Shown here piece after piece: positions 24,961 to 35,373 of a DNA stretch of 51,412 bases (the first letter of the stretch is position 1; each line of letters opens with the position of its first letter). Position numbers and translations under genes: made by a program. The notes under the pieces were generated by a model. The model searched no databases. It saw only the letters and a program-made list of their open reading frames with translations, and was not told the DNA's origin. The DNA is from a virus (Duplodnaviria; Caudoviricetes). The stretch covers positions 1 to 51,412 of IMG/VR virus record IMGVR_UViG_3300023073_000001, one strand, 5' to 3'.

Positions 24961-25920
24961 ATGGCTGGCTTTACATCTGCCAACAACCAGCATCTGGTTC
25001 GCACCCAGCTCTGGTCACGCCAACTGAAAGAGCTTCTGCTCGATGAGTTGGTTGCTATGAAGTTTGTCCGTATCATCCAGGACTTCCCGGATGGCTACAC
25101 GGTTAATATCCCGTCGATTGGTGAAGCTGAAGTTGCCGACTTCAATGAGAATATGGCAATCAAGTACAATCAAATGGACACTGGTAACTTCCAGTTCTCG
25201 TTTGATAACTACAAGTACTCAGCTAACGCAATCTCCGAGAAATTCAAGCGTGACAGCTATTACAGCTCTGATGTTATCGCGGCATTCTTGCCTCGTGAAC
25301 ATCGTGCGCTTATGGAAGCGGTTGAGACTAACATCTTCGCTAAGGCGAATGCTGGACAAACTGCATCTAACCCCAACACAATCAACACGGCATCCCACAG
25401 ATGGGTAGCAGGCGGCGCAGGCCAATCGCTCACCATTCAGGACTTCGCTAAGGCTCAGTTCGCCCTTCAAAAGGCTAACGTTCCTCAGACGAACCTGGTT
25501 GCGGTTGTTGACCCCTCGGTTGCCTACACGCTGGCTACTCAGGCTAACATGGTAAACCTCCTCTCTCCGCAGCAAATGTGGGGCGACGTTTCCCGTGATG
25601 GTCTCGTTACTGGCTTTAAGTTCCGTTTCAACATCTTTGGCTTTGACGTCTACGTGTCGAACTACCTTCCCGGTGGTATCTCCGAAACCGTCTCTGGCAC
25701 TGCTGTTACCAACGGTGTGGCCAACTACTTCTTCTCTGCTACTCCGGGCGACACATGTCCTTGGGTTGGCGGTTTCCGACAGATGCCTACTGTCTACAGC
25801 GAGTTCAACAAGGACCTGCAGCAGACCGAGTATCTGACGATTGCTGAATGGGGCTTCAAGCTCTATCGGCCGGAGAATATGGTCGTCATCCTCACCAGCA
25901 CCTCTGTTGTGCCTGCCTAA
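24961..25920 (+). CDS. Major capsid protein (VpV262/SIO1-like)
   Basis: 319 aa; DFPDG, IPSIG, DTG, NAISEKFKRDS, VDPSVA, FGFDVYVSNYL resemble the VpV262-type capsid as recalled; gene position fits. Confidence 0.88.
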   Translation: MAGFTSANNQHLVRTQLWSRQLKELLLDELVAMKFVRIIQDFPDGYTVNIPSIGEAEVADFNENMAIKYNQMDTGNFQFSFDNYKYSANAISEKFKRDSYYSSDVIAAFLPREHRALMEAVETNIFAKANAGQTASNPNTINTASHRWVAGGAGQSLTIQDFAKAQFALQKANVPQTNLVAVVDPSVAYTLATQANMVNLLSPQQMWGDVSRDGLVTGFKFRFNIFGFDVYVSNYLPGGISETVSGTAVTNGVANYFFSATPGDTCPWVGGFRQMPTVYSEFNKDLQQTEYLTIAEWGFKLYRPENMVVILTSTSVVPA

Positions 25921-25934
25921 GAAAGGAATAACAA

Positions 25935-26450
25935 ATGGTTGGTGGAAATTGGACTAACAACGACGGTCTCTTCATCCAGTACGGAACTTCGAAAGCGGTT
26001 CCTACTACGATGGGTGACTATCTCTCCCTCGGCGAGTGGCGCGATATTGAGTTCACACTCACTATGGCTTCGCTCACTGCTACCCCTGCAATTCAGGGTA
26101 ACACTACTTTCCTTCCCACCGGTGTGTTCATCGAGTCTGTAAAGACTAACGTTGAAGTCGCTGGCGCGGGTGGCACCTCGATCTCTGTCGGCACCATGCG
26201 TGCAGACCGGACCACGGTGATCTCTAACACTGGTCTTCTGAATGCGCAGGTTCTTACCTCGCATGACACAGCTGGTGAAACGAATGAGTACACTGTTGCT
26301 GCTGCAGGTGGTGGCGGCGGTCTCGTCGGTACGACTACATCCTTCCCCGATGGCTTTGCTTACATCACTGCACTCGCTGCAGGTACGTACAGCAATGGCG
26401 TCATGAAGGTTCGTATTCGCTATCGCGGTATCGGTACGATCACTCAGTAA
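25935..26450 (+). CDS. Putative capsid decoration/minor virion protein
   Basis: 171 aa beta-rich, WTNNDGL N-terminus, lies between capsid gene and terminator. Confidence 0.65.
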   Translation: MVGGNWTNNDGLFIQYGTSKAVPTTMGDYLSLGEWRDIEFTLTMASLTATPAIQGNTTFLPTGVFIESVKTNVEVAGAGGTSISVGTMRADRTTVISNTGLLNAQVLTSHDTAGETNEYTVAAAGGGGGLVGTTTSFPDGFAYITALAAGTYSNGVMKVRIRYRGIGTITQ

Positions 26451-26457
26451 TGAATTT

Positions 26458-26483
26458 AGGGGAGGCTAACCCCTCCCCTTTTT
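26458..26483 (+). terminator. Rho-independent terminator after the capsid genes
   Basis: AGGGGAGG-CTAACC-CCTCCCCT followed by TTTT. Confidence 0.85.
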
Positions 26484-26497
26484 CATAAGGAAAACAA

Positions 26498-26755
26498 ATG
26501 ACTGTTCCTACACTCCTCTACGATCAGACAGGCAATACGCAGCTCCAAGATGGGCTTCGAATTACCTACAATTCTCAGACTAACGCTCCAATTGCATCGG
26601 CATCTCAGCCGTACATTCTAGCCGGGACTGGCGCTCCTACATTCACAGCCCCTCAGGGTTCCATGTACATCCGTATTGACGGTGGTGCAGGTGCTCGGCT
26701 GTATATGAATAGCACTGGCTCTACGACTTGGATTGTCGCAGGAAGCGCAGCTTAA
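26498..26755 (+). CDS. Small fibre-associated virion protein
   Basis: GTGAPTFTAPQGSMYIRIDGGAGARLYM motif typical of fibre domains. Confidence 0.6.
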   Translation: MTVPTLLYDQTGNTQLQDGLRITYNSQTNAPIASASQPYILAGTGAPTFTAPQGSMYIRIDGGAGARLYMNSTGSTTWIVAGSAA

Positions 26756-26756
26756 C

Positions 26757-27998
26757 ATGACAAAAGTAACTTTGGATAACGTAGGGAGTCTTTTAGACGC
26801 TACTACGGCAGCGACTATTATTAACGACAACTCTGCGGCCATAGTTACGGCTGTTGAAAAGACTTTGTCGAGAGATGGGACTTCTCCTAATCAGATGGAG
26901 TCTCCTCTTGACATGAACGGACAGCAGGTCCTCAACCTGCCTGCCCCTGCTACTCTTCAGTCGCCTCTTCGGCTGACTGACCTTAACAGTTTCATCGGAG
27001 GCGGTACTGTCAGTACTGTCCCGACAGGTGGTACTACTGGACAAGCTCTGTCCAAGGCTAGTAACGCCAATTACGATATGCTCTGGGATGATGTCGTCCA
27101 ATCAGTTGGACTCTCCGCCCCTGCAGATCTCACAGTATCAGGCTCCCCTGTAACTGGATCGGGAACGCTCGGGCTCGCTTGGGCTACGGCACCGACGGGT
27201 ACAGGCGCAGTCGTACGTGCAACCTCTCCTACTCTCGTAACTCCTAACCTCGGTACTCCGTCTGCTATCAATCTAGCTAACGCTACGAACATGAATATCA
27301 GCAATGTCAGTGGTCTTGGTACTAACGTAGCAGCCTTCCTCGGTACTCCTAGTTCAGCTAACCTCAGAGCTGCTGTAACTGACGAGTCAGGAACTGGCGC
27401 TCTACTCTTCGCAGGCGGTGCTCTCGGCACTCCTGCCTCAGGCGTTGCAACCAACCTGACTGGAACAGCTGCAGGACTGACTGCAGGATCGTTCACAGCC
27501 GGTAGTGCTTCTGGCTTGACATCTGGTACTTTACCTGCTGCTCGTACTAACGGCCATCTGAATGGCGAGCCTTCAAACGGCAACGCTGCTGCTGGTGAAA
27601 TTGGTGAATACATTGAAAGCGTTATTACCAACGGTTCTCCCGTTGCGGCGGGCGCGACAAACGTTGCAAAGACACTGACAAGCATATCACTCACTGCCGG
27701 AGACTGGGATGTCTCAGGTGTAATTCAGTGGATACCTCTGGCAACTACAGTTCTGTCCTCCTACTCCGGGAGCATTTCTTTAACGACAAATGCTGTCGAT
27801 ATTACCAACGGCAGGTTCTCAGTCATAACGTTGCAGACTGGCATAACGGGTGCGGGCAATACTGATGGGAGTTCTGTTCTGACCCCATGCAGATTTTCTC
27901 TCTCCGGCACGACAACTATCTTCTTAGTAGGAAGAGCTGCCTACACCACAGCCGGACTAAACATGTACGGCATACTCAGAGCCAGAAGGGTTCGATAA
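26757..27998 (+). CDS. Tail fibre protein 1
   Basis: N-terminal anchor TLSRDGTSPNQMESPLDMN; G/T/S-rich shaft SPTLVTPNLGTPS. Confidence 0.8.
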   Translation: MTKVTLDNVGSLLDATTAATIINDNSAAIVTAVEKTLSRDGTSPNQMESPLDMNGQQVLNLPAPATLQSPLRLTDLNSFIGGGTVSTVPTGGTTGQALSKASNANYDMLWDDVVQSVGLSAPADLTVSGSPVTGSGTLGLAWATAPTGTGAVVRATSPTLVTPNLGTPSAINLANATNMNISNVSGLGTNVAAFLGTPSSANLRAAVTDESGTGALLFAGGALGTPASGVATNLTGTAAGLTAGSFTAGSASGLTSGTLPAARTNGHLNGEPSNGNAAAGEIGEYIESVITNGSPVAAGATNVAKTLTSISLTAGDWDVSGVIQWIPLATTVLSSYSGSISLTTNAVDITNGRFSVITLQTGITGAGNTDGSSVLTPCRFSLSGTTTIFLVGRAAYTTAGLNMYGILRARRVR

Positions 27999-30502
27999 TG
28001 GCTAAGCTAACCTTAGACCACCTCAATAATCTACAGAACGAAAACACAGCTGTCGCTCTCATAAATGACAACAGCGATCTCATAGAGACTGCGCTCGAGA
28101 ATACTCTGTCCAGAGATGGTACGACTCCCAATCAAATGGAGTCCAATCTGGATATGAACTACTGGCACATTCTTAATCTGCCAGAACCTGCTTCCGATAC
28201 AGACCCTGTACGTCTCATCGATCTGACTAACGTCTCTCAAGTAACTAACGTCCTTCATACGGCATCGACTACAAGCAATACGATTGGACTGGGTACCAAG
28301 ACCTTCACTGTACCTTCAGGCTTAGGTTTCTTTCCGGGTCAGTACCTCCTAATACAGGATGCTGCTAACTCTGGCAACTACATGCTTGGTAGGGTGACTA
28401 GCTACTCTGGTACAAGTCTTGTGTTCAATGCTTCCAACTTCGCAGGCTCAGGGACTAAGACCAACTGGGTTATCGATCTCTCAGGTGCTCCTGGTGTTCC
28501 CAGTGTTGTTTACGATACTGTCACAAACGCTATCGCAGCTACTATTGATCCTTCTGTATCCTTCCTTGCCCTCCAAGGGTATTACACCATCGGTGACGGT
28601 GGTAACGGAGTTTATCAACGTGTCGTAGGCATGCCCGCTGATATGGGCAGGTTCCAGTCTGCTGGTGGGGTGTGGTGGCATCTAGTCAGTCCAGAAGTAT
28701 CCCCTGAGATGTTTGGCTGTCGTGGTGATGGTACTACAGACGACAGAGCTAACATGCAGAACGCGATTGACTTCGTCTCCGGACGTGGTGGTGGTGTCCT
28801 TTCGTTTACTCCTAACAAAGACTATCGGATTGTAATCAATCTGAGTACCCCTAACTTCTGCCTTACTGTTGAAGAGTATGTCGAAATCCGCTTCAACGGA
28901 AGCAACCTCAATCTAGAAATAGACTTCTATTTATATGGTGTCCGGCCGAAGAGCTATACCAAGCTGATTGGTCCTGGCAGAATTGCTGTTACTGTTGCTA
29001 CTGGTATTCCTACTGGCTATTACCAGAACGTCTTCCAGACGCCTCTGACCTTTGGATCTGCTCTTGGAGATCTAGGTACTGTCGCTGCTAAGAGTCCCTA
29101 CGCTGAAGTCCATGATTGGATTGTAGACGGACTTACCTTTGCGACTGTAACTCAGAATAAGAACGCTGAATACATCTGTGGTAACGGCGGTCCCTACAAT
29201 GGAGTAATCCGTAACTGTATTCTCGAGAGTACTGCAGCTATAGCTATTGGTATTGGGTTTGACTGGGGCTTCTATGGAAGTATGTTCAGTAATGATATCG
29301 ATACGACCCGTGCAAATTATGACGCTGGCTTAGCCTATAGTATTCATCCCCATCACATCTCAATTGAGAATAATCATATTAAGAGTATGTCCCAGGCATT
29401 CGATGTTCCTCAGAACTTCGGAAGTCATGGTATTCGGCTGAGTGGTATCTATGACTTCGATGTCAGAAATAACACCGTTGATTACTGCACCTACGCAGGC
29501 ATTTTCGTAACTGGCGGAGATCTCTCCTTCGAGTTCGCTCCTACGGCTGTTCGTTTGCAAGCTATGATGGACTTGAAATTCACAGGCAATAACTGTCTTC
29601 TTTGCGATCGGTATGGTTTCTATTACGAAGCCTTCCCAGACAACGTCTGGCAGGCGGTTAACAACCCTCTCGATCCCTCTTATCCTTACGCTGCATACGG
29701 TGCTGTCGACGGCTATCTCACAAACACTATCGTGAGAGGCAATCACTTCCACGGGAATAATGCTCTTCAGCCGGGAATATGGTCTACTTATAACAAAGGC
29801 ATAACCTTCGAAGATAACAAGATAACCCAATTCGATATTGGTATTAATATCGAAGTGGCTTCTAAGTATACTCGTGTTATTAACAACGATGTCTCGTTGA
29901 GTAACAAAGCTGGTATTCATGTCACCGGAACTACCCGTCCCACAAACACTGAAGTAAGACATAACAAGGTTTACAGGAATGTCCAAGGTGGTGGGTCTGT
30001 CTTTGGTAACATCTACGTAGACGTTGCTGACGGTACAATCATCGATGACAATACCATTGGTGAGGGGGAAGACTTCGCACTCAATGGTGTAGTCATTACA
30101 CCCAACGCTCTTCGAACTACTATCGTTAACAACCAAGTCCTTGCTGTCAACACAGGTGGTACAGCCTACAAGCTAGCTACTGCAGACCAGAATGGATTGA
30201 ATGCCATCTGGGTCTTCCGAGATAACTACTTCTCAGGTGTAGGTGCAGGCTTTTACGCGACTGGACTTAACATCATACCAGTCCGTAGAGAGTATTCCCC
30301 AGCTCTTCCAGGGCTTACAATCACTCATTGTGAAGCAGATCGTTCTGTTTCGACTGGAGACACTACTCCGACGTATGGCGCATGGGTAACTGGAAGTACA
30401 ATCTATAACGTAAATGCGAATGGCACCGGCGAAGGTGTTCTCAATAAATGCACAGTCTCAGGTACTCCCGGTACTTGGAGACGACTGATAACTTCCCCAT
30501 AA
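27998..30502 (+). CDS. Tail spike/depolymerase with pectate-lyase-like beta-helix
   Basis: Same anchor TLSRDGTTPNQMESNLDMN; SPEMFGCRGDGTTDDRANMQNAID; Asn-ladder repeats. Confidence 0.85.
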   Translation: MAKLTLDHLNNLQNENTAVALINDNSDLIETALENTLSRDGTTPNQMESNLDMNYWHILNLPEPASDTDPVRLIDLTNVSQVTNVLHTASTTSNTIGLGTKTFTVPSGLGFFPGQYLLIQDAANSGNYMLGRVTSYSGTSLVFNASNFAGSGTKTNWVIDLSGAPGVPSVVYDTVTNAIAATIDPSVSFLALQGYYTIGDGGNGVYQRVVGMPADMGRFQSAGGVWWHLVSPEVSPEMFGCRGDGTTDDRANMQNAIDFVSGRGGGVLSFTPNKDYRIVINLSTPNFCLTVEEYVEIRFNGSNLNLEIDFYLYGVRPKSYTKLIGPGRIAVTVATGIPTGYYQNVFQTPLTFGSALGDLGTVAAKSPYAEVHDWIVDGLTFATVTQNKNAEYICGNGGPYNGVIRNCILESTAAIAIGIGFDWGFYGSMFSNDIDTTRANYDAGLAYSIHPHHISIENNHIKSMSQAFDVPQNFGSHGIRLSGIYDFDVRNNTVDYCTYAGIFVTGGDLSFEFAPTAVRLQAMMDLKFTGNNCLLCDRYGFYYEAFPDNVWQAVNNPLDPSYPYAAYGAVDGYLTNTIVRGNHFHGNNALQPGIWSTYNKGITFEDNKITQFDIGINIEVASKYTRVINNDVSLSNKAGIHVTGTTRPTNTEVRHNKVYRNVQGGGSVFGNIYVDVADGTIIDDNTIGEGEDFALNGVVITPNALRTTIVNNQVLAVNTGGTAYKLATADQNGLNAIWVFRDNYFSGVGAGFYATGLNIIPVRREYSPALPGLTITHCEADRSVSTGDTTPTYGAWVTGSTIYNVNANGTGEGVLNKCTVSGTPGTWRRLITSP

Positions 30503-30510
30503 GGACTAAC

Positions 30511-31236
30511 ATGTCACTATTAGAACAAAATAAAATTCGTTGGCAGAACTGTAAGGTTCCTGCTGACAAGGGTCCTGCCTTCGCTCTCGTAGCGAATAGG
30601 ATCAAGGCCAATAAAGCCGTCTACGATGAAATCCAGAAAGAGACTGGTGTGCCATGGTGGTTCATTGGTATGGTGCATTATCGTGAGAGCAATCTCGATA
30701 TGAACACTAACATTGCTAATGGTCAACCCTTCAACAAGAAGACAACCATCGTCCCTAAGGGTCGTGGTCCTTTCGGTTCGTTTAAGGAAGCTGCCATCGA
30801 CGCTCTCGTCAACTGCGCCCCTAAGGCTGCAGAGAACAAAGACTGGTCTGCTGCAGGCGCACTGACTAAGTTCGAAGAATATAATGGACTAGGCTATGCC
30901 GCTAAAGGACTCCCGTCACCGTATGTCTGGGCTGGTACTGATCAGTACATCAAAGGTAAGTATGTTGCTGATGGTGTCTTTAATCCTGATCATGTTGACA
31001 CTCAGCTTGGTGGCGCAGGCATTCTGAAGTTCCTAGGTATCTTCAATAAGGGTTCAAGTGGCGCTGTAGCTGCTGGTACTGTCGTAGCTGCTGGTGCAGG
31101 TGCTGCTGTAACCGCTCCTACTAACTACCTGCCTTACATTGTCGGCTGTACCTTCGGACTGGCACTCCTTGCCTTCCTGGCATTCGATGTCTATTCATAC
31201 ATGAAGGCTAAGAAGCTCAATGCTGTTAACACTTAA
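30511..31236 (+). CDS. Lysozyme-family (COG5526-like) endolysin with C-terminal TM helix
   Basis: HYRES, EEYNGLGY, PSPYVWAGT, GKYVADG; hydrophobic tail. Confidence 0.8.
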   Translation: MSLLEQNKIRWQNCKVPADKGPAFALVANRIKANKAVYDEIQKETGVPWWFIGMVHYRESNLDMNTNIANGQPFNKKTTIVPKGRGPFGSFKEAAIDALVNCAPKAAENKDWSAAGALTKFEEYNGLGYAAKGLPSPYVWAGTDQYIKGKYVADGVFNPDHVDTQLGGAGILKFLGIFNKGSSGAVAAGTVVAAGAGAAVTAPTNYLPYIVGCTFGLALLAFLAFDVYSYMKAKKLNAVNT

Positions 31237-31477
31237 ATCTTGGTACGAAGAAGTCAAGGCCTTCTTCAAATACTCCGAGACGATCTTCATTGCTCGCGTA
31301 CAGTCCCTGATCGGTTTGGTCATGGCTGTAGTCGGCACCGTAGATTGGTCCCCTGTATTCAATCTCTTAGGAGTTGATACAGGCTTCTCTTATAAACAAA
31401 CGGCATGGTTAGGCGTCGGTCTCTTCTTCAAGGGCATCGTTGACGAACTAGCTCGCCGTCGTAATGCAACTCTGTAA
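31220..31477 (+). CDS. Putative holin/membrane lysis protein
   Basis: 85 aa, two hydrophobic segments, basic tail, next to endolysin. Confidence 0.55.
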   Translation: MLLTLKSWYEEVKAFFKYSETIFIARVQSLIGLVMAVVGTVDWSPVFNLLGVDTGFSYKQTAWLGVGLFFKGIVDELARRRNATL

Positions 31478-31878
31478 TGCTTAGCATCCTCAGCGTAATA
31501 CCTGTCATCGGTCCGATAATCCAATCGGTAGTAGATTTATTCGCCAAGAAGGCGGACGTAGATCTGCAGAAAACTCTTGATGCTAACCGTACTACGCTGG
31601 GCAAGCAAGTCGATCTGAACAAGACAGACGTCGCCATCATCCAGGCTCGTATGCAGCTAGCAATGGCTACACACGAAGACCTAGGCACCCGTATCATAAA
31701 AGATATGGTTATGTATGGCGTCTCCGTCTGGATGCTTGTTTACTTCTTCTGGTTGTCATTTAAGGGACTCCTCCCTGATTACTACTGGGAAGTAGGAACT
31801 CCTCCGGAGACTATGCAGTACATCCCGTACGCAATGATCGCCTATCTATTCGTTACAGCCTATCGAGGCAAAGCATGA
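31477..31878 (+). CDS. Putative three-TM holin-like protein
   Basis: Hydrophobic N-terminus plus two C-terminal TM helices, in the lysis cassette. Confidence 0.55.
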   Translation: MLSILSVIPVIGPIIQSVVDLFAKKADVDLQKTLDANRTTLGKQVDLNKTDVAIIQARMQLAMATHEDLGTRIIKDMVMYGVSVWMLVYFFWLSFKGLLPDYYWEVGTPPETMQYIPYAMIAYLFVTAYRGKA

Positions 31879-32747
31879 AGTTAACTAACCTACAGCTGAC
31901 CCAGAGTATCCTTTCCTCCCTTGGTGGAGACGAAGTCAACTCTGTTTCAGACTCTCCTGAAAGCCTTCAGGTCTTAGAGATCATCCGTCAGTCATACTTC
32001 AATATGATTGATAAGCTTGATCTTCCTGAGACTTGGCAGCTCGTTCAACTCCAACCCAGTCTAGATATCAACGCTCCGGTATTGATGTACGTCCCTGCTG
32101 AAGTAGCTAAGGTCGAATGGATTAAGTACTTTAATACCAACATCCTAGATGATGCCAACGGCTACAACCACGACATCAACGTCGACATCGTACCTTCTCC
32201 GGACGTCTACTCAGCCGTACCCGGTTATGAATACGTCACCATTCTTCCTATCCGTCAGTTCATTGATATGACGAACGGGTTTAATCCCAGTGAGACTGAT
32301 GTCTTCTCCTTTACGCTCAACAACAAATATACCTTCTACTACAAGAACGGTAAGCAGCCTCAGTACTGTACCATCCTCAGCAATAACTATGTTATCTTTG
32401 ATGGCTACGACGCTACCCAAGACAGTACACTCCAAGCCTCCAAGACAATGGCATATGGACAGATCAAGCCTACTTGGTCTAACGAAGACGACTTCATCTG
32501 CGATCTAAACGATGAGCAGTTTCCTCTTCTTCTTAATGAAGCTAAGTCTTTAGCTTTCCTCGAACTCAAACAAGTCGCTCATCCTCTCGCCGAAAGAGAA
32601 ATCAAACGTGGAAGATCTGCAATACAGCGTGACAAAGCTGTTCACGAATCTCCTAGCTATTTCGATGCCCTACCTGATTTTGGTAGGCGCGGCATTGGTC
32701 ATAGAGCACCTATTAGTCTTTTCAAATCTAGAGGTTGGGATACATGA
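31875..32747 (+). CDS. Tail tubular protein A (adaptor)
   Basis: ILSSLGGDEVNSVSDSPESLQV; LLLNEAKS; position before the nozzle gene. Confidence 0.75.
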   Translation: MKLTNLQLTQSILSSLGGDEVNSVSDSPESLQVLEIIRQSYFNMIDKLDLPETWQLVQLQPSLDINAPVLMYVPAEVAKVEWIKYFNTNILDDANGYNHDINVDIVPSPDVYSAVPGYEYVTILPIRQFIDMTNGFNPSETDVFSFTLNNKYTFYYKNGKQPQYCTILSNNYVIFDGYDATQDSTLQASKTMAYGQIKPTWSNEDDFICDLNDEQFPLLLNEAKSLAFLELKQVAHPLAEREIKRGRSAIQRDKAVHESPSYFDALPDFGRRGIGHRAPISLFKSRGWDT

Positions 32748-33034
32748 ACGATAGCGTAGTAAGAAGCACTGACCGTATTCTTAGTTTGGCAGTCATTGAC
32801 GGAGAGAAGCCTAAGTCCTCTACAGGTCTGGTTGATACCAGACTTTTTACTGGCGACCAACAGCTTCACCTCAAGATGGATTCCCAGAGTAGTTTATGGT
32901 ACTTCCAGTACTCCAACAATGGTGCACTGCCCCTCGCTTTGCAAGGACGATACACCGGCTTCAAAGCTGGCATTAAGTTTGCAGAGGAATACTTCCGCAA
33001 GCGAAACATTAAGATAACTGAAGTAAAAGACTAA
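32744..33034 (+). CDS. Hypothetical tail-module protein
   Basis: 96 aa; GALPLALQGRYT; coupled on both sides. Confidence 0.7.
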   Translation: MNDSVVRSTDRILSLAVIDGEKPKSSTGLVDTRLFTGDQQLHLKMDSQSSLWYFQYSNNGALPLALQGRYTGFKAGIKFAEEYFRKRNIKITEVKD

Positions 33035-35373
33035 TGGCTCAACAGACCGCCTCTACGGTTGAGAACAATTTCAGTAAGGGTTTAATTACTGAAAACACTG
33101 GACTCAACTTCCCAGAGAACGCAGCTACCGATACCGACAACTGTGAATACACTCTTATAGGCAACGTCCTACGTCGTCTCGGTATTGACTTCGAAGAAAA
33201 CTTTGAAGAGCAAGACCTTGGCAGTCGAATTAACTCTGCAGTCTCTATGTATAAGTGGAAGAATGCTGGAGGCGATGGCAATACTCAAGTAGTTGTCGTC
33301 CAAGTCGGTGCGACTCTATATTTCTACTCTCTCTCTGAAGCCACTCAAACCGCTCCTTTATCAACACAACGTCTCGTAGCTACCGTCAATCAAGCAGACT
33401 TCGTAGCTAGTGGTGGTACGATGGATACGACTGTCGAGAATACATACTCAGACGGTAATGGATATCTCTTCGTATTCAACAGCTGCTGTGAGCCTATCTA
33501 CTGTTCTTACAACGGTGGTGCGGTGACTGCCTCTGCCATCAACATTCAGATCCGAGATTTTGTAGGCATACCGGAGGCTACTCCTGTAAGCGCTCGACCT
33601 ACATCTCTTTCAGCTGTCCATAAGTATAATCTAGGCAACCAAGGCTGGACTACCAAGAGCGCATGGGGTGTCGACTCTCCAGATACGACTTCCATTAATT
33701 CTCTCGGCCCGAAAACTATTAACGTAGGCACTGTCGCAGGTATAACTCTAGGCGATACGGTTTACGGATACTCTAACGCAATCTACTGGTACCCCGGTGG
33801 TCCCGTCCAGTATGGAAGCGGAACCGTAGTCTTCGGCGGAACAGTTACCGCTTACTCCGATCCTTTTCTGACAATTAACATCACGAGTTGTAGTGGTTTC
33901 GGTTATCCTACGTTATTCACCTTCATCATCTACCAAACCAACGAAGGCTTCATCGACGCATGGCTTGCTTCACAGGGTAACTACCCTAGTAACGCAGACG
34001 TCTGGTGGTACTTCAAGAATGCTTCAGGAGTATTCGATCCTGCTACTACGCAGCCTAACGTATCTTTATCCGCAGGTAACGCCCCTCAAGGCCACTACAT
34101 TATATCTGCCTTCAATCAAGACAGAGGATCAGTATCTGGTATAGCTGGGCTAAGCCCCGTCAAGACAAGTATTCGACCTAGTAACGGAGCTTGGTTTCAA
34201 GGACGTATATGGTATACAGGTGTCAACACAAGTAGTCCACCTGATACTATGAACCCATTCTACTCTTGGTCTGAGAATATATACTTCTCCCAAGTCAACG
34301 TAGGCACAGCAGTTAACTTCGGTAACTGTCACCAAGTCAACGATCCTACGTCAGAGAACCTATTCGATCTCTTACCTACAGATGGTGGAGTAATACAAAT
34401 CCAAGGCTGTGGAAGGATAGATAAACTCTTCCCTGTCCAGAACGGTATGCTCGTATTCGCTGCCAATGGCGTCTGGTTCATTACTGGTAGTCAAGGTATC
34501 GGCTTTACTGCCAGCGACTATACGATTACTAAGCTGAGCTCTATTGAGTCTTTGTCTCCGTACTCTTACGTAGATGTCGTAGGTATGCCTTACTTCTGGA
34601 ATGAAGAAGGGATCTATACTGTCCAACCTCAGCAAGGCGGCTCACTGTCTGTTGAGAGTATTACAGTAACTACAATAGATAGTTTCTACGCAGAGATACC
34701 TAAGCAAAGTAAGAAGTACGCTAAGGGTGCTTATGATCCCATCGAGTACAGAATACAATGGCTCTATAAGTCTGAGGAAGAAGATGACGTCTTAGATCGT
34801 TACTCTTACGACCGTATAATGAATTACAGCACAGTCAACAAAGCTTTCTATCCTTACTCGATAGATAACTCTGGGACTAGTATTAATTCTATCTTGTATG
34901 TTCAAGGCCCTGGAGGTTCGACTTCGCCTGAACCAGGCATGAAATACCTGTCATCACACCCTTCGGTGACTTCATACGCCTATTCCTTCGCTGAAGAATT
35001 TGATGAAGATTACGTCGACTGGGCTTCGGTAGATCCGGTTAATTACGACAGCTACTTCGTTACAGGCTATAAGATCAGAGGCCAAGGTATTCGGAAGTTC
35101 CAACCCCAGTACGTTCAAGTGTATTCCAACAGTGATACCTCGACTGGATATAAGATACAAGGATTGTGGAACTACGCTAACTCTGGTAACTCAGGTAAGT
35201 GGACTTCTCCACAAACTGTCATTAACGCATTAGGTCGTTTTAACGTCACCGCTAGACGGCACAAGATCAGAGGTTCTGGTTATGTCCTTCAGTATAAGGT
35301 AACTTCTCTACAGGGAATGCCATTCGATATCATCGGCTGGGCTACCGTCGATACAATTAATCAAGGTACATAA
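33034..35373 (+). CDS. Tail tubular protein B (nozzle)
   Basis: 779 aa beta-rich; NNFSKGLITE, RRLGIDFE, WFQGRIWY, IYFSQ, LLPTDGGVI. Confidence 0.8.
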   Translation: MAQQTASTVENNFSKGLITENTGLNFPENAATDTDNCEYTLIGNVLRRLGIDFEENFEEQDLGSRINSAVSMYKWKNAGGDGNTQVVVVQVGATLYFYSLSEATQTAPLSTQRLVATVNQADFVASGGTMDTTVENTYSDGNGYLFVFNSCCEPIYCSYNGGAVTASAINIQIRDFVGIPEATPVSARPTSLSAVHKYNLGNQGWTTKSAWGVDSPDTTSINSLGPKTINVGTVAGITLGDTVYGYSNAIYWYPGGPVQYGSGTVVFGGTVTAYSDPFLTINITSCSGFGYPTLFTFIIYQTNEGFIDAWLASQGNYPSNADVWWYFKNASGVFDPATTQPNVSLSAGNAPQGHYIISAFNQDRGSVSGIAGLSPVKTSIRPSNGAWFQGRIWYTGVNTSSPPDTMNPFYSWSENIYFSQVNVGTAVNFGNCHQVNDPTSENLFDLLPTDGGVIQIQGCGRIDKLFPVQNGMLVFAANGVWFITGSQGIGFTASDYTITKLSSIESLSPYSYVDVVGMPYFWNEEGIYTVQPQQGGSLSVESITVTTIDSFYAEIPKQSKKYAKGAYDPIEYRIQWLYKSEEEDDVLDRYSYDRIMNYSTVNKAFYPYSIDNSGTSINSILYVQGPGGSTSPEPGMKYLSSHPSVTSYAYSFAEEFDEDYVDWASVDPVNYDSYFVTGYKIRGQGIRKFQPQYVQVYSNSDTSTGYKIQGLWNYANSGNSGKWTSPQTVINALGRFNVTARRHKIRGSGYVLQYKVTSLQGMPFDIIGWATVDTINQGT

